Source: Myxococcota bacterium
GTDB taxonomy: Bacteria > Myxococcota_A > UBA9042 > PHBI01 > JAWLBL01
DNA: 64,000 bases
NCBI GenBank assembly: GCA_041687695.1
Contig: JAWLBL010000001.1
Span: forward strand, 291,461-355,460
Reading direction: 5' to 3'
How positions within the stretch are numbered: the stretch's first letter is position 1; each line of letters begins with the position of its first letter. Shown piece after piece: positions 19,982 to 30,573 of the stretch. Below the pieces are notes generated by a model. It was not told where the DNA came from. It was given only the letters and a program-made list of their open reading frames with translations, and did no database searches. Both the position numbers and the translations under genes were made by a program.

Positions 19982-21475
19982 ATGTCGCAACCGAAAGGCC
20001 CGAGCCCCGAGACCAAGCTCTGGGGCGGGCGGTTCCAGGCCTCCACGGCCGGCGTCGTCGAGGCGATGAACGCCTCGGTGGCCTTCGATCAGGCGCTCGC
20101 GCTCGAAGACATCGCGGGCTCGATCGCGCACGCGCGCATGCTGGCGGCCCAGGGGCTGCTGGCGGCGGACGAGCAGCAGGCCATCGAGGCCGGGCTGGTC
20201 GCCATCGCCGCCGAGGTGCGCCAGGGCGCGTTCGGGTTCACGGTCGCGCGCGAGGACGTCCACATGAACGTCGAGGGCGCCCTGACCGACCGCATCGGCG
20301 CGGCCGCCGGGCGGCTGCACACCGGACGCAGCCGCAACGACCAGGTGGCGCTCGACCTGCGGCTGTGGTTGCGGCGCGAGCTGACGCGCCTCGGCCACGA
20401 GCTGGTCGCCGCCGCGCGTGCCTTCGTGGACCTCGGCGAGAAGTACGCCGAGACGCCGATGCCCGGTTACACCCACCTGCAGCGCGGGCAGCCGGTCACC
20501 TTCGGTCACCACATGATGGCGTACGCGGCCATGATGCTGCGTGACGTCGACCGGGTGCTCGATGCGCGCCGCAGGGCCGCGGTGCTGCCGCTCGGCTCCG
20601 GGGCGCTGGCAGGGTCGCCGCTGCCGCTGGACCGCTTCCGCGTCGCGGCCGAGCTCGAGCTGCCCGAGATCACGTGGAACAGCCTGGACGGGGTCAGCGA
20701 TCGCGACGCCGCCCTCGAGTCGCTGGGGGCCCTGGCCATCGTGATGGTGCATCTGAGCCGCCTCGCCGAGGAGCTCATCCTGTGGACCAGCCAGGAGTTC
20801 GCCTTCGTCGAGCTCTCGGACGCCTTCTGCACGGGCTCGAGCCTGATGCCGCAGAAGAAGAACCCGGACATCCCCGAGCTGCTGCGAGGCAAGGCGGGCC
20901 GGGTGTTCGGCGACCTGCAGGCGCTGCTGACCGTCATGAAGGGCCTTCCGCTGGCCTACAACAAGGACATGCAGGAGGACAAGGAGCCCGTCTTCGACGC
21001 GTTCACGACCGTCCGCACCTGCGTAGGCATCCTGCCCGACCTCCTGGGCGCCATGACCGTCCGGGCCGATCGGCTGGCCGGCGCGCTCAAGGACGGCTTC
21101 GTGCTGGCGACCGACCTCGCCGACCACCTGGTCGACCAGGGGGTGCCCTTCCGAGAGGCGCACCACGTCATCGGACGGGCGGTCGCCGTGTGCATCGAGC
21201 GCGGGGTCCGGCTCGAGGACCTGTCGCTCGACGATCTCCGCGCCCTGCACCCGGCGTTCGGCGACGACGCCCTGGCGGTCCTGGACCCGGGGCGCAGCCT
21301 CGCGCGGCGCGACCTGCCGGGCGGTCCGGCGCCGGCTCGGGTGCGCGAGTCGGCCGCTCGCGCGCGCGTGACGCTGGAGCAGCTCGCCGATCGGCTGGCC
21401 CAGGGCGGGCCCTCGGCCCTCGAGCAGGCGCTGGCCGAGGGTCGGCCGCTTCCGCCGCCGGTCGGCGCGTCGTGA
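19982..21475 (+). CDS. argH: Argininosuccinate lyase
   Basis: KLWGGRF, LHTGRSRNDQVA, MPGYTHLQ, GSSLMPQKKNPD, LPLAYNKDMQEDKE. Confidence 0.98.
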   Translation: MSQPKGPSPETKLWGGRFQASTAGVVEAMNASVAFDQALALEDIAGSIAHARMLAAQGLLAADEQQAIEAGLVAIAAEVRQGAFGFTVAREDVHMNVEGALTDRIGAAAGRLHTGRSRNDQVALDLRLWLRRELTRLGHELVAAARAFVDLGEKYAETPMPGYTHLQRGQPVTFGHHMMAYAAMMLRDVDRVLDARRRAAVLPLGSGALAGSPLPLDRFRVAAELELPEITWNSLDGVSDRDAALESLGALAIVMVHLSRLAEELILWTSQEFAFVELSDAFCTGSSLMPQKKNPDIPELLRGKAGRVFGDLQALLTVMKGLPLAYNKDMQEDKEPVFDAFTTVRTCVGILPDLLGAMTVRADRLAGALKDGFVLATDLADHLVDQGVPFREAHHVIGRAVAVCIERGVRLEDLSLDDLRALHPAFGDDALAVLDPGRSLARRDLPGGPAPARVRESAARARVTLEQLADRLAQGGPSALEQALAEGRPLPPPVGAS

Positions 21476-22722
21476 ACCACTTCCACCGCGTCGACGGCGA
21501 GCTGTGGTGTGAGGACGTCCCCCTGCGGCGCATCGCCGAGGACGTCGGAACGCCGACCTACGTCTACAGCGCCGCCACCCTCACCCGGCATTATCAGGTG
21601 TTCGACGAGGCGTGGGCCGAGGCCGACCACCTGGTCTGCTTCGCCGTCAAGGCGTGCAGCAACATCGCCATCCTGAACCTGCTGGCGGGGCTGGGGTCCG
21701 GGTTCGACATCGTCTCGGGCGGCGAGCTGCGGCGCGTGCTCGCGGCTGGAGGCGACCCGGGCAAGGTGGTGTTCTCCGGGGTCGGCAAGACCGAGGCCGA
21801 GCTGGAGCAGGCCCTCGAGGCCGGGATCCTGTGCTTCAACGTCGAGAGCGAGGCCGAGCTCGATCAGCTCGACGCCGTGGCGCGCCGCCTGGGCCGCCGG
21901 GCGCCCATCAGCCTGCGTGTCAACCCCGACGTCGACGCCCAGACGCACCCCTACATCTCGACGGGCCTGCGCAACAACAAGTTCGGCGTCTCGCACTCCC
22001 AGGCGCTGCGGATCTACGAGCACGCGGCCTCGCTCGAGGGCCTGCAGATCCTCGGCCTCGACTGCCACATCGGCAGCCAGCTCTCGGACGTCGAGCCCAT
22101 GGCGGCCGCGCTGCGGCGGCTGTTGGATCTGCTGGACCAGCTGGAGCGGGCCGGCATCCAGGTGCACCACCTGGATCTGGGCGGCGGGCTGGGCATCACC
22201 TACGACCGCGAGACGCCCCCCTCCCCTGCGGCTTACGCCCGCCGGCTGCTGAGCGAGCTCGGCGACCGCAAGGTCAAGATCGTCCTCGAGCCGGGCCGCG
22301 TCATCGCCGGCAACGCTGGCGTGCTGCTGATGAAGGTCCTTCTGACCAAGGACAACGACGGCAAGCACTTCGTCGTCGTGGACGCCGGCATGAACGACGC
22401 CATCCGCCCGGCCCTGTACGGCGCCTGGCACGGGCTCGAGACGGTCGGGCCGCCTGCCAGCACCGCCGCGCGCGTCGACGTCGTCGGCCCCGTGTGCGAG
22501 TCGGGCGACTTCTTCGCCCGCGACCGAGAGGTCCCGCTCGTGGCAGCCGGGGACCTCGTGGCGCTCATGAGCGCGGGCGCGTACGGCTTCACGATGTCCA
22601 GCAACTACAACAGCCGTCCTCGCGCGGCCGAGGTGCTGGTCGAGGGCGACCGCTTTCACGTCATCCGCGACCGCGAGCGGATCGAGGACCTGCTCCGCGG
22701 CGAGCGCCTCCCGCCGCGCTGA
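21472..22722 (+). CDS. lysA: Diaminopimelate decarboxylase
   Basis: GTG start overlaps the argH stop (GTGA). Motifs FAVKA, FDIVSGGEL, HIGSQ, EPGR, GPVCESGD, GAYGFTMSSNYNSRPR. Confidence 0.97.
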   Translation: MNHFHRVDGELWCEDVPLRRIAEDVGTPTYVYSAATLTRHYQVFDEAWAEADHLVCFAVKACSNIAILNLLAGLGSGFDIVSGGELRRVLAAGGDPGKVVFSGVGKTEAELEQALEAGILCFNVESEAELDQLDAVARRLGRRAPISLRVNPDVDAQTHPYISTGLRNNKFGVSHSQALRIYEHAASLEGLQILGLDCHIGSQLSDVEPMAAALRRLLDLLDQLERAGIQVHHLDLGGGLGITYDRETPPSPAAYARRLLSELGDRKVKIVLEPGRVIAGNAGVLLMKVLLTKDNDGKHFVVVDAGMNDAIRPALYGAWHGLETVGPPASTAARVDVVGPVCESGDFFARDREVPLVAAGDLVALMSAGAYGFTMSSNYNSRPRAAEVLVEGDRFHVIRDRERIEDLLRGERLPPR

Positions 22723-23214
22723 GCCGACGCGAATCGGGACGGGACGCCCGGGACGACGGGACCCGCGCGCGCCCAGGGCGGTCGCAGAGTCGCCAATGGG
22801 CTCGCCACGCCTCGCGTTCAGCGCGGCGAGCCTCGCTACGCCGGAGCACGAGCGACCTCGTTCAGTCCGGTCGTCGGACTCCGAGGTGGACTCGTGGCGG
22901 CGAGTCTTGACGGCCTGCTCCAGCTCGCTGGGGCTCGTGGGTCGCGCAGCTCGCTGCGGGCAACGCTCGACGGACTCTGCGATGCCCCTGCGCGCGCGCC
23001 GAGCAGGGCTGGGCGAAGCGCGGCGACTCGGGGTACGCTGCGCGCCGTGCGCCGTGGTCCGAGCCGGGTGACGCCGGGGGGAGCGAGCGCTCGACACGAA
23101 AAAGGATCGAGCCGCTATGAAAAGGTTGCAGAGCCTCCCGCCGGTCGCGGCGCGCCGACGGCCCCATCGCTGGGCCGCGCGAAGGGTGCACGCTTCTTGC
23201 ACAGGTGCCCTGGC

Positions 23215-23853
23215 ATGACGACGCGTGCTCGACATCGGTCCGCCGGCTTCACCCTCATCGAGGTGGTCATCGTGATGGCCATCCTGATCATCCTCGCGGC
23301 GGCGGCCATCCCGAACGTCATGGGCGGCTTCCGGGACCAGCCGATCATGATGGCCACGAACGCCACCATCGACGTGTTCACCTTCGCGCGGGTCCGGGCG
23401 GTCAACGACTTTCGCGCCTACGGCGTGCGAGTGGCCCCCGACGAGGGCGAGGGCGGCCTGATCTCGGTCCACGCCGGCACCGGCCCGGCCTGCTCGACGG
23501 TCGGCTGGGGCGTGCCCGTCCGGACGCTCGACTTCGGCGCCAGCCGCGAGTTCGGTGCGCTGGCGGGGGACGGGCCGGACGTTCGAATCGTCCAGCTCAC
23601 CCCGGCGCGGGACGTCTTCCAGGTCTGCTTCACGCCCGACGGGCGCACCCTGGACATGCAGACCATGAAGCCGGTCGCGCCCGAGCAGTTCACGGACTAC
23701 GCGGCCGGCGATCTCATCGTGTCCATCTCGGCCCACCACGACGAGGCGCCCGTGGGCATGCTGCACCACGTCATCGTGCCGTACTCGGGCAGCCCGCGCT
23801 GGACCTTCGGCGAAGACCACGCCCACCCCGAGGGCGGCGAGGGGGGCTCGTGA
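23215..23853 (+). CDS. Type IV minor pilin, FimU/FimT-like
   Basis: Class III signal AG|FTLIEVVIVMAILIILAAAAIP; first gene of a pilin-pilY1 cluster. Confidence 0.8.
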   Translation: MTTRARHRSAGFTLIEVVIVMAILIILAAAAIPNVMGGFRDQPIMMATNATIDVFTFARVRAVNDFRAYGVRVAPDEGEGGLISVHAGTGPACSTVGWGVPVRTLDFGASREFGALAGDGPDVRIVQLTPARDVFQVCFTPDGRTLDMQTMKPVAPEQFTDYAAGDLIVSISAHHDEAPVGMLHHVIVPYSGSPRWTFGEDHAHPEGGEGGS

Positions 23854-24500
23854 TGCTGACCCGGATGCGTCAGGGCTTCACGCTCATCGAGCTGCTCATC
23901 GTGGTCGCGGTGACCACGCTCGGCTTCGTGGCCCTGTTCGATCTGCAGGCCTCGACCCTGCGCGGCATGGCCAGCATGCGGCGGATGCTCGAGGCGACCA
24001 TGCTCGCGGAGAACTTCATCGAGACGCTGCGCCTCGAGCTCAGCGCCTGGACGCCTGGCTCCAACCTCGGCAACCCCGCGCTGTTTCCTCACCTGTCGGA
24101 CCTGCCGACCGACGCCTCGGCCCAAGCGGGCAGCCAGACGACCGGCGACGCGACCGGCGACCTCGCGCCCGGCTGGATCATCGCCGACCAGGAGGCCTCC
24201 GCGGACCGGCGGGTCTCCATGGCGGGTGACCTGCACCCGCTCGACTTCAACGCCGGCATCCGCGCCGCGATGCTCGAGCCGGGGATGGAGGACGTCCAGC
24301 AGCCCTTCTGCCTGCTCTACCGGCTGACCTGGCTCATCCCGGGCGCGGCCATCCGGGCCGAGGTCGAGGTGTCCTGGCCGCTCGACACGGCCGACATGGA
24401 GTCCTTCCTGCTCTGCGACTTCAACGCCTCGACGCGGCTGGACCAGGTGCGCTCGGTCACGCTGACCTCGACCCTGTCGACCAACCTCTTCCACCGGTGA
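23853..24500 (+). CDS. Type IV minor pilin, PilV-like
   Basis: MLTRMRQG|FTLIELLIVVAV; TGATG coupling to the upstream gene; late 'AEVEVSWP' strand. Confidence 0.8.
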   Translation: MLTRMRQGFTLIELLIVVAVTTLGFVALFDLQASTLRGMASMRRMLEATMLAENFIETLRLELSAWTPGSNLGNPALFPHLSDLPTDASAQAGSQTTGDATGDLAPGWIIADQEASADRRVSMAGDLHPLDFNAGIRAAMLEPGMEDVQQPFCLLYRLTWLIPGAAIRAEVEVSWPLDTADMESFLLCDFNASTRLDQVRSVTLTSTLSTNLFHR

Positions 24501-25636
24501 TGCCGACGATGCGCCCGCCCTCTGCCCAGACCCAAACGCGCCGCGGCTTCACGCTCGTCGAGCTGATGGTCGCCGTGCTCGTCGGCAGCATCGTCCTCGT
24601 CGGCGTCTACACGATCTACTCGGTCAGCGTGCGCGGCTACCGCGTCCAGGACCAGGCCGTGCAGGCCATCGGCCAGCTCCGCACGGCGATGCACCAGCTC
24701 AAGAGCGATCTCCGCAGCGCCGCCTTCAACGCGCCGGCCCAGTCCGAGGTCGAGACCTGGGTCCGCGTGGTCGGCGCGCCGCCGCTGGCCGCCGTGGCCA
24801 TCGACGTGGACCCCCAGACCCCGGTCGCGCACGCCGGCGTCAACACGGCCATCGCGCCGCAGCGCCTGCGGCTGCTGGGCGACTACGACAGCCACCGGGT
24901 GTGGACCACCGTCCGCATCGAGGGGACCATCGTCACGCTGCAGTGGAACCCCGAGCACGGCGGGCAGGCCGAGTTCGAGCGCATCTTCAACAGCGAGCGC
25001 TTCCTGCGCATCGAGATGTACGGCGAGGCGCGCCAGGAGCAGTACATCCCGATCGCCTCGACCAAGTGGGACGTGAACGCGCCCCAGGTCACGGTCGCCT
25101 CGCAGGTGCTCGACGTGAAGGGCTACGGGGCCGGACACGAGGTCACGGTGGCCAGCTACATCCGCTATCGGCTCGTCCGCGACACGCGCCGCAACGACGC
25201 GAGCGTCAAGTACGACCTCATCCGCGAGCGGCTCGACACGCAGGGGCAGCCCATCGCCGGCAGCTGGCTGGTGGTCGCCGAGAACATCGTCGACATGCAG
25301 TTCTACGACCTGTGCTTCAACATCACCGCGCCCGAGCTGGGGACGATGCGCCAGACGCCGGTGGACCTGCGCTGCTACCCGAACCTGGCCGCCGTGCCCG
25401 AGGCCTATTCGCTGGCGCCGGACGACGACAACCAGTCGCATCTGCTGCGTTCGGTGACCGTGAAGATCGCCGCCCGCACGCCCTACGAAGACCCCGAGGT
25501 GCCCTTCGCGCCTCGCCCGACCATCGACCAGCCGCTGAACGCCTTCGAGGTGGACCCGGAGACCGAGGGCGCCGCGCGCGTCTTCGAGGGGGCCGCGACC
25601 GTGTTCCTGACCAGCGTTCAAGCGAGGAGGCAGTGA
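24500..25636 (+). CDS. Type IV minor pilin, PilW-like
   Basis: RRG|FTLVELMVAVLVG, LKSDLRSA, VAENIVDMQFY; TGATG coupling (alternative GTG start at 24497). Confidence 0.8.
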   Translation: MPTMRPPSAQTQTRRGFTLVELMVAVLVGSIVLVGVYTIYSVSVRGYRVQDQAVQAIGQLRTAMHQLKSDLRSAAFNAPAQSEVETWVRVVGAPPLAAVAIDVDPQTPVAHAGVNTAIAPQRLRLLGDYDSHRVWTTVRIEGTIVTLQWNPEHGGQAEFERIFNSERFLRIEMYGEARQEQYIPIASTKWDVNAPQVTVASQVLDVKGYGAGHEVTVASYIRYRLVRDTRRNDASVKYDLIRERLDTQGQPIAGSWLVVAENIVDMQFYDLCFNITAPELGTMRQTPVDLRCYPNLAAVPEAYSLAPDDDNQSHLLRSVTVKIAARTPYEDPEVPFAPRPTIDQPLNAFEVDPETEGAARVFEGAATVFLTSVQARRQ

Positions 25637-26283
25637 TGCAGGCTCCCAGGTGCGGTGACGGCGCGCGCCTCGTCGGCGAGCGCGGCTCGATGCTCGTCGT
25701 GGCGCTGCTCGTGCTGCTCGGCCTCAGCGGCGTCGGGCTGGTCATGGTCCAGAAGGTCAACGACGAGATCCACTACATCGGCAACATCCGACGCGGCGTG
25801 ATGGCCTACCACATCACCGAGAGCGGGGCCTATACCGCCCTCGCCTACGCCGACCGCCTCGGCCCGACCGGCTTCATCTCGGCCGTCGAGCTGTCGCGCC
25901 CCGATCCGAGCCAGCCCGCCGAGTGGTCGCCGGACGACCTCATCGGCGGCGGCCAGTACTTCGACATGAGCGCCGCCGGCAGCTTCGGCTTCGAGGGGTA
26001 CGTCGAGTCGACGGACACCGCCGCGCCGGTGAGCGCGCCGCCGATGGACTTCCGAGTGCGCGTGACGTCTTCGGGCATGTTGCAGCCGATCGTCGGCTAC
26101 GCGGTGTCGGGGCCGGGGTCGCGGTGCCGTTTCAAGTACCAGTTCGACACCGACGGTAACGTCGGGGACACGTCGAGCACGGACGACACCGTGTTCTCTG
26201 CGTGGAAGCGGATTAGGGCGCTGATGTACATCGGGCCGCTCCCGTGCGATCGCACGGCGGGGGCCCTGGGCACGGCGTCGTGA
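25636..26283 (+). CDS. Type IV minor pilin, PilX-like
   Basis: ERG|SMLVVALLVLLGLSGVGL lacks Glu5, as is typical of PilX/GspK. Followed by AYHITESG; TGATG coupling. Confidence 0.75.
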   Translation: MQAPRCGDGARLVGERGSMLVVALLVLLGLSGVGLVMVQKVNDEIHYIGNIRRGVMAYHITESGAYTALAYADRLGPTGFISAVELSRPDPSQPAEWSPDDLIGGGQYFDMSAAGSFGFEGYVESTDTAAPVSAPPMDFRVRVTSSGMLQPIVGYAVSGPGSRCRFKYQFDTDGNVGDTSSTDDTVFSAWKRIRALMYIGPLPCDRTAGALGTAS

Positions 26284-26299
26284 TTGGGAGGGGAGCGCG

Positions 26300-29200
26300 A
26301 TGAAGTCTCGACACCTCAGCCGTCTTTGGGTGCAGACCGCGGCGTTCGGGCTCGCCGCCGTCGCCGCGCTGTCGCCCGGGCAGGCCCAGGCGCAGGACGC
26401 GTCCGACGCCGTCAAGCCCCTCGTCCTCATCCTGCTCGATACGTCGGGTTCGATGGAGTACGAGTCCGGCACGACGCTGTCGCCCAGCCAGGAGTTCACC
26501 GTCCCGCACTGCGAGGAGCCGACCGCGACCGCGCCGGACTTCGGCATCGGCGTCGGCAACTATCCGAAGTCGCGCCTCGTCGCGGCCAAGGAGGTGCTGA
26601 CCGGGACCTACGAGAACTACTGGTGCAAGTACGACTACCGCACCAACCCCGACTACGAGGACTTCGAGTACCCCATCCCGCACGTGCGGCCGTGCTCGTA
26701 CGACGTGGTGACTGGCCTCAGCAACTGCGACGAGCCGGCCCAGAAGTTCGACGGCCTGCTCGACGTCAAGCGCGACGACTTCAAGTTCGCGCTGATGACC
26801 TTCGACTCGCGCGAGAGCCTCGAGGCCAACGCCGAGGGCATGTACAGCTACGGCCCGGACACGGCGTTCGACATCAACCTGGGCATCCGAAACGAGGTCT
26901 GGGGCGAGCCCAACGACCCCAACGTATGGGGCACCGACGGCTGGTCGTTTTCGGACCAGCACCGCAGCGTGAACAACCGCGGGCAGCTCATCCCGCCGCC
27001 GCTCGCGGACACGTTCAACGACATCCGCGCCCAGAATCGGCTGATGCAGTACGAGGTCGGGACGACGGTGGGCTACTGGGGTACGCCCCTGTCGCCGATG
27101 CTCTCCGATGCCCGCTGGTTCCTGCAGAACCACGAGACCGTCAAGCCGTTCGACGTGAACACCGGCCTCGGTGACCCCTACATCAACTGCCGCGAGCGCG
27201 TCGTCATCCTCATCACGGACGGCCGCGCCAGCCAGGGCGAGGGCGTCGGAGGCTACGGCACCACGATGTCGGCCATCACGGCGCTCAAGAACACGCCGCC
27301 GACGCCGGTGCGCGTCTACGTCGTCGGGTTCAACCTGGCGACGCCCGACGTCAGCATGCTGGCCGACCTGTCGCCCGAAAACGGCGGCCCGGCCAACGGG
27401 GTGTACATCGTCGACTCGCCGCAGGATCTCGCCACGGCCCTGTCGGACATCTTCAACATCGTCATCTCGGACACGCGCAGCCGGTCGAACGTGACCTTCA
27501 CCAACGCGACCCAGTCGATGGTGGACCAGCAGTACCAGCTCAGCGCGGCCTTCCAGCCCGATCCGCTGGTGTCCAACAACCAGATCGGCTACCTGAACCA
27601 GACCGTCTACCGGTGCTCGGCCGAGTGCGGCAACGTCGGCGGCCCCAGCTGCGCCCGCGATCTGGTCCGCATCCACGACCGCCTGAACACCCAGACGGAC
27701 CGGACCCTCCTGACGGTCGTCGCGGGCCTCGTCGCGGCGCTGGACAACTCGCTCCTGGCGCTGGCGACGGACGATACGCTCATGGCCGAGCTCTTCGACG
27801 TCCCCCAGACGGGGCAGCTGCCGAAGCTGGATCCCGTGTCGATCGTCAAGACGGGCTCCTCGCTGCTCGATCTCATCATCAACACGGCCGACGACACGCT
27901 GGGAGACGCGTCCGACTATGCCGTGCAGTACGAGTACATGAAGCAGCTCATCAAGCTGATCCGCGCCGAGGACGGCTCGGTGCGGCAGGGGCGCAAGCTG
28001 GGCGGCATCGGGTACTCGACGCCGATCGTCCAGGAGCCGCCCGAGGTCGGCAAGTACCCGATCCGCAGCTGGAACCAGTACGCCACGACGGTCGACCAGG
28101 ACGTGAAGTACGCGCCGCAGTGCCGGCCCACGATGGCCTACGTGGGCACGCACGACGGGCAGATCCACGCCTTCCGCATCGACCGTCGCGGCCCGAGCGA
28201 GCTGTGCAAGGACCAGGCCGTCCCGGTCCAGGACGAGGACGACATGGGGCGCGAGCTCTGGTCGATCGTGCCGCAGCACCTGCTCAAGCGCTCGCACGCG
28301 CTGGCCTCGCAGGCCATCCACCTGATGAACGGGCAGCCGGTCGTCGCCGACGTGCTGCTGTCACGCAACGATCCCCTGACGGCCAACACGGTCAACGAGG
28401 CGGCCCAGTGGCGCAGCGTGCTGACCACGGGCTACGGCAACGGCGGGACCGGCTACATCGCCATCGACGTGACCCATCCGCTCGAGGGCGAGGACGTCTC
28501 GGTCCTGTGGGAGCTGGACCACGAGTCGCGCTGCTACCAGGGCAACTGCTACGCCCCGAACACGGGGAAGACGAACGACTTCAGCCGTCTGGGGCTGACC
28601 ACGGCCCGGCCGGCCTACGGGACGGCCTTCGTGAACGGCAAGGAGATCGCCATCGTCGTGCTGCCGGGCGGTGACACGCCCGAGAGCAGCTCGAACCCCG
28701 AGGCGGGCAAGGTCGTCTACGTCGCGGCCCTCAGCGACGGACGCAAGCTGGCCGAGTTCTCCAACGCCAGCGGCAACGTGGTCCGGATGGACGGCACGCC
28801 CGTGACCCTGCTGTCCCCGTTCACCGGCAGCCCGACGCTGTACTCGAACGTGCCGGGCGTGGTGACGACGCGCGGCTTCATCGGCGACGCCGGCGGGCGC
28901 CTGTGGCGCATCGACATGAAGAGCAGCGACCCCGACAACTGGCGGCTGCAGCTCTTCCACGACGCCTACGCGGCCGGCGGCGCGGTCGACGGGGCCACCC
29001 TGAGCGACCGCCAGCCGGTGTTCGGCGCGCCCGCCGTGGCCCTCGACGGCCCGTACGGCCACGTCGCGGTCGCCTATGGCACCGGCGCCATCGACTACCT
29101 CGCCAAGACGCCGAACTCGCGGTCGGTCGTCTACTCGGTCTCCGAGGTGACGCAGGTCGATGGCACCATCGACGTCCAGGAGAACTGGTCGAAGGTCTTC

Positions 29201-29704
29201 GAGCCGGGCGAGAAGCTCACCGGCGAGCCCACCATCTTCGCCCAGAAGGCGTACTTCACGACCTTCGTGGAGAACACGCTGGACCTGTGCGCGGCCGGCG
29301 GTGGCCGCCTGTATGGCGTCCACTTCACGCAACACGACTCGACGGCCACCAAGAAGGACAACACGGTCGCGGCCTTCGACGACGACGGCGACCCGACCAC
29401 GCTGTCCGTGGTCAAGTTCGTCAGCACGGGCCAGTCGGTCCCCTACGGCGTGCAGGTCGTCGAGCGCCCATCGTGCCTGCCCGACGGCACCGCGGGCGGC
29501 GGTGGCGGCTTGGCGAGCAGCACCGCTCCGCAGCGCGGCGCCCTCGAGCTGGTGGTCAACGTCGCGCAGGGCGACACGGGCTCGGCCAACACCATCCCGC
29601 CGGGCGTGGACGCCTCGACCATGGGCACCAAGACCCTCACCCACGCGCTCGCCGACTCTGGCGAGACCCTCCACTCGTCGGCCTGGGGCAATGTCCTTTA
29701 CTGA
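26300..29704 (+). CDS. pilY1: PilY1/PilC-type pilus tip adhesin with an N-terminal vWA domain
   Basis: Signal peptide (AQA), MIDAS DTSGSM, GTPL, ILITDG. C-terminal beta-propeller motifs: YVGTHDGQIHAF, ELWSIVP, GDAGGRLWRID, GEKLTGEP, YFTTF. Confidence 0.85.
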   Translation: MKSRHLSRLWVQTAAFGLAAVAALSPGQAQAQDASDAVKPLVLILLDTSGSMEYESGTTLSPSQEFTVPHCEEPTATAPDFGIGVGNYPKSRLVAAKEVLTGTYENYWCKYDYRTNPDYEDFEYPIPHVRPCSYDVVTGLSNCDEPAQKFDGLLDVKRDDFKFALMTFDSRESLEANAEGMYSYGPDTAFDINLGIRNEVWGEPNDPNVWGTDGWSFSDQHRSVNNRGQLIPPPLADTFNDIRAQNRLMQYEVGTTVGYWGTPLSPMLSDARWFLQNHETVKPFDVNTGLGDPYINCRERVVILITDGRASQGEGVGGYGTTMSAITALKNTPPTPVRVYVVGFNLATPDVSMLADLSPENGGPANGVYIVDSPQDLATALSDIFNIVISDTRSRSNVTFTNATQSMVDQQYQLSAAFQPDPLVSNNQIGYLNQTVYRCSAECGNVGGPSCARDLVRIHDRLNTQTDRTLLTVVAGLVAALDNSLLALATDDTLMAELFDVPQTGQLPKLDPVSIVKTGSSLLDLIINTADDTLGDASDYAVQYEYMKQLIKLIRAEDGSVRQGRKLGGIGYSTPIVQEPPEVGKYPIRSWNQYATTVDQDVKYAPQCRPTMAYVGTHDGQIHAFRIDRRGPSELCKDQAVPVQDEDDMGRELWSIVPQHLLKRSHALASQAIHLMNGQPVVADVLLSRNDPLTANTVNEAAQWRSVLTTGYGNGGTGYIAIDVTHPLEGEDVSVLWELDHESRCYQGNCYAPNTGKTNDFSRLGLTTARPAYGTAFVNGKEIAIVVLPGGDTPESSSNPEAGKVVYVAALSDGRKLAEFSNASGNVVRMDGTPVTLLSPFTGSPTLYSNVPGVVTTRGFIGDAGGRLWRIDMKSSDPDNWRLQLFHDAYAAGGAVDGATLSDRQPVFGAPAVALDGPYGHVAVAYGTGAIDYLAKTPNSRSVVYSVSEVTQVDGTIDVQENWSKVFEPGEKLTGEPTIFAQKAYFTTFVENTLDLCAAGGGRLYGVHFTQHDSTATKKDNTVAAFDDDGDPTTLSVVKFVSTGQSVPYGVQVVERPSCLPDGTAGGGGGLASSTAPQRGALELVVNVAQGDTGSANTIPPGVDASTMGTKTLTHALADSGETLHSSAWGNVLY

Positions 29705-30452
29705 CACGCTACGCGCCTTGGTCCTCTCGGCGGCCGCAGCCGGCCTCGTCGCCGGCTGCGGCTCCGAGCCCCCGCCCTCCCCTCCCCCGGTGGCCGAGCG
29801 GACGCCGCCGACGCCGGGACCCGCAGGACCGGCGAACCTGGACGCGTTCGGCAACCTCAAGGCCGCGGCCGAGCGGGTCATGGGCTTCCACCTGCCCATG
29901 GGCACCGAGCGGCGCGGCGCGGCGCGCGTCGTGGCGGGGATGTACATCGACACGACGGAGGCGCGGCTCACGCGCTTTTATCGCAGCCGCGGCTACACGT
30001 TGACGCGCACCTTGACGGCGCTCGAGGTCTCGCACGCCGAGCGCACCTTGGCCACCTTGCCCGAGTCGGACGCCAAGCGCTTCGCGAACGCCGTGATCCG
30101 CGTCGAGCAGGGCCCCGGGCCGGGTTACACGCTGCGCTTCGACTCTGGCGAGGTCGCGCTGGTCCAGCCGCCGCTCCTGCAGCTGGTCGAGGCCGAGCGG
30201 CAGGCCGCAGGCATCGCGCCGCCGACCGCGACCGTCGGGGGAGACGACGCCGAGGCCAAGGACGACGCGCCCGCTCCGTCGAAGACCACGGCCTACGTGC
30301 CGACGACGCCCAAGCGCCTCGAGCAGCACGAGCTGTCGCGGCTACGCAAGTCGGCCTTCGAGCGCCAGGTGGACCCCAAGCGCGCGCGGGACGTCTCGGA
30401 CCGGGTCTACGAGTGGCAGAAGGCCAACCCGGGGCGCGCCTTCATCGACTGA
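29691..30452 (+). CDS. Hypothetical lipoprotein overlapping the pilY1 stop
   Basis: MSFTDTLRALVLSAAAAGLVAG-C lipobox, Pro-rich linker, then a globular region; 14-bp overlap with pilY1. Confidence 0.75.
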   Translation: MSFTDTLRALVLSAAAAGLVAGCGSEPPPSPPPVAERTPPTPGPAGPANLDAFGNLKAAAERVMGFHLPMGTERRGAARVVAGMYIDTTEARLTRFYRSRGYTLTRTLTALEVSHAERTLATLPESDAKRFANAVIRVEQGPGPGYTLRFDSGEVALVQPPLLQLVEAERQAAGIAPPTATVGGDDAEAKDDAPAPSKTTAYVPTTPKRLEQHELSRLRKSAFERQVDPKRARDVSDRVYEWQKANPGRAFID

Positions 30453-30573
30453 CCCGACGCACGCGGCGTGGCGCGAGGGCGGCGATCCCGGGCTTGGCCG
30501 GAGCCGCCGCGATCCGGTAGGAATGGGCGCCGAGGGCACCACGCTGTGACGGGGGCCCGCTCGGAGGTTCCCC

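Noticed and set aside
23186..23201. Sigma54-like motif GTGCACGCTTCTTGCA before the pilin cluster
   Set aside because: The invariant -24 GG is TG here, and the site is only 13 bp from the ATG. Suggestive but not supportable.
22723..23214. 490-bp gap as a small gene, ncRNA or REP/MITE element
   Set aside because: The ORFs crossing it are extensions or shadows. I found no clear terminal inverted repeats or known RNA motif, only scattered GC-rich stems.
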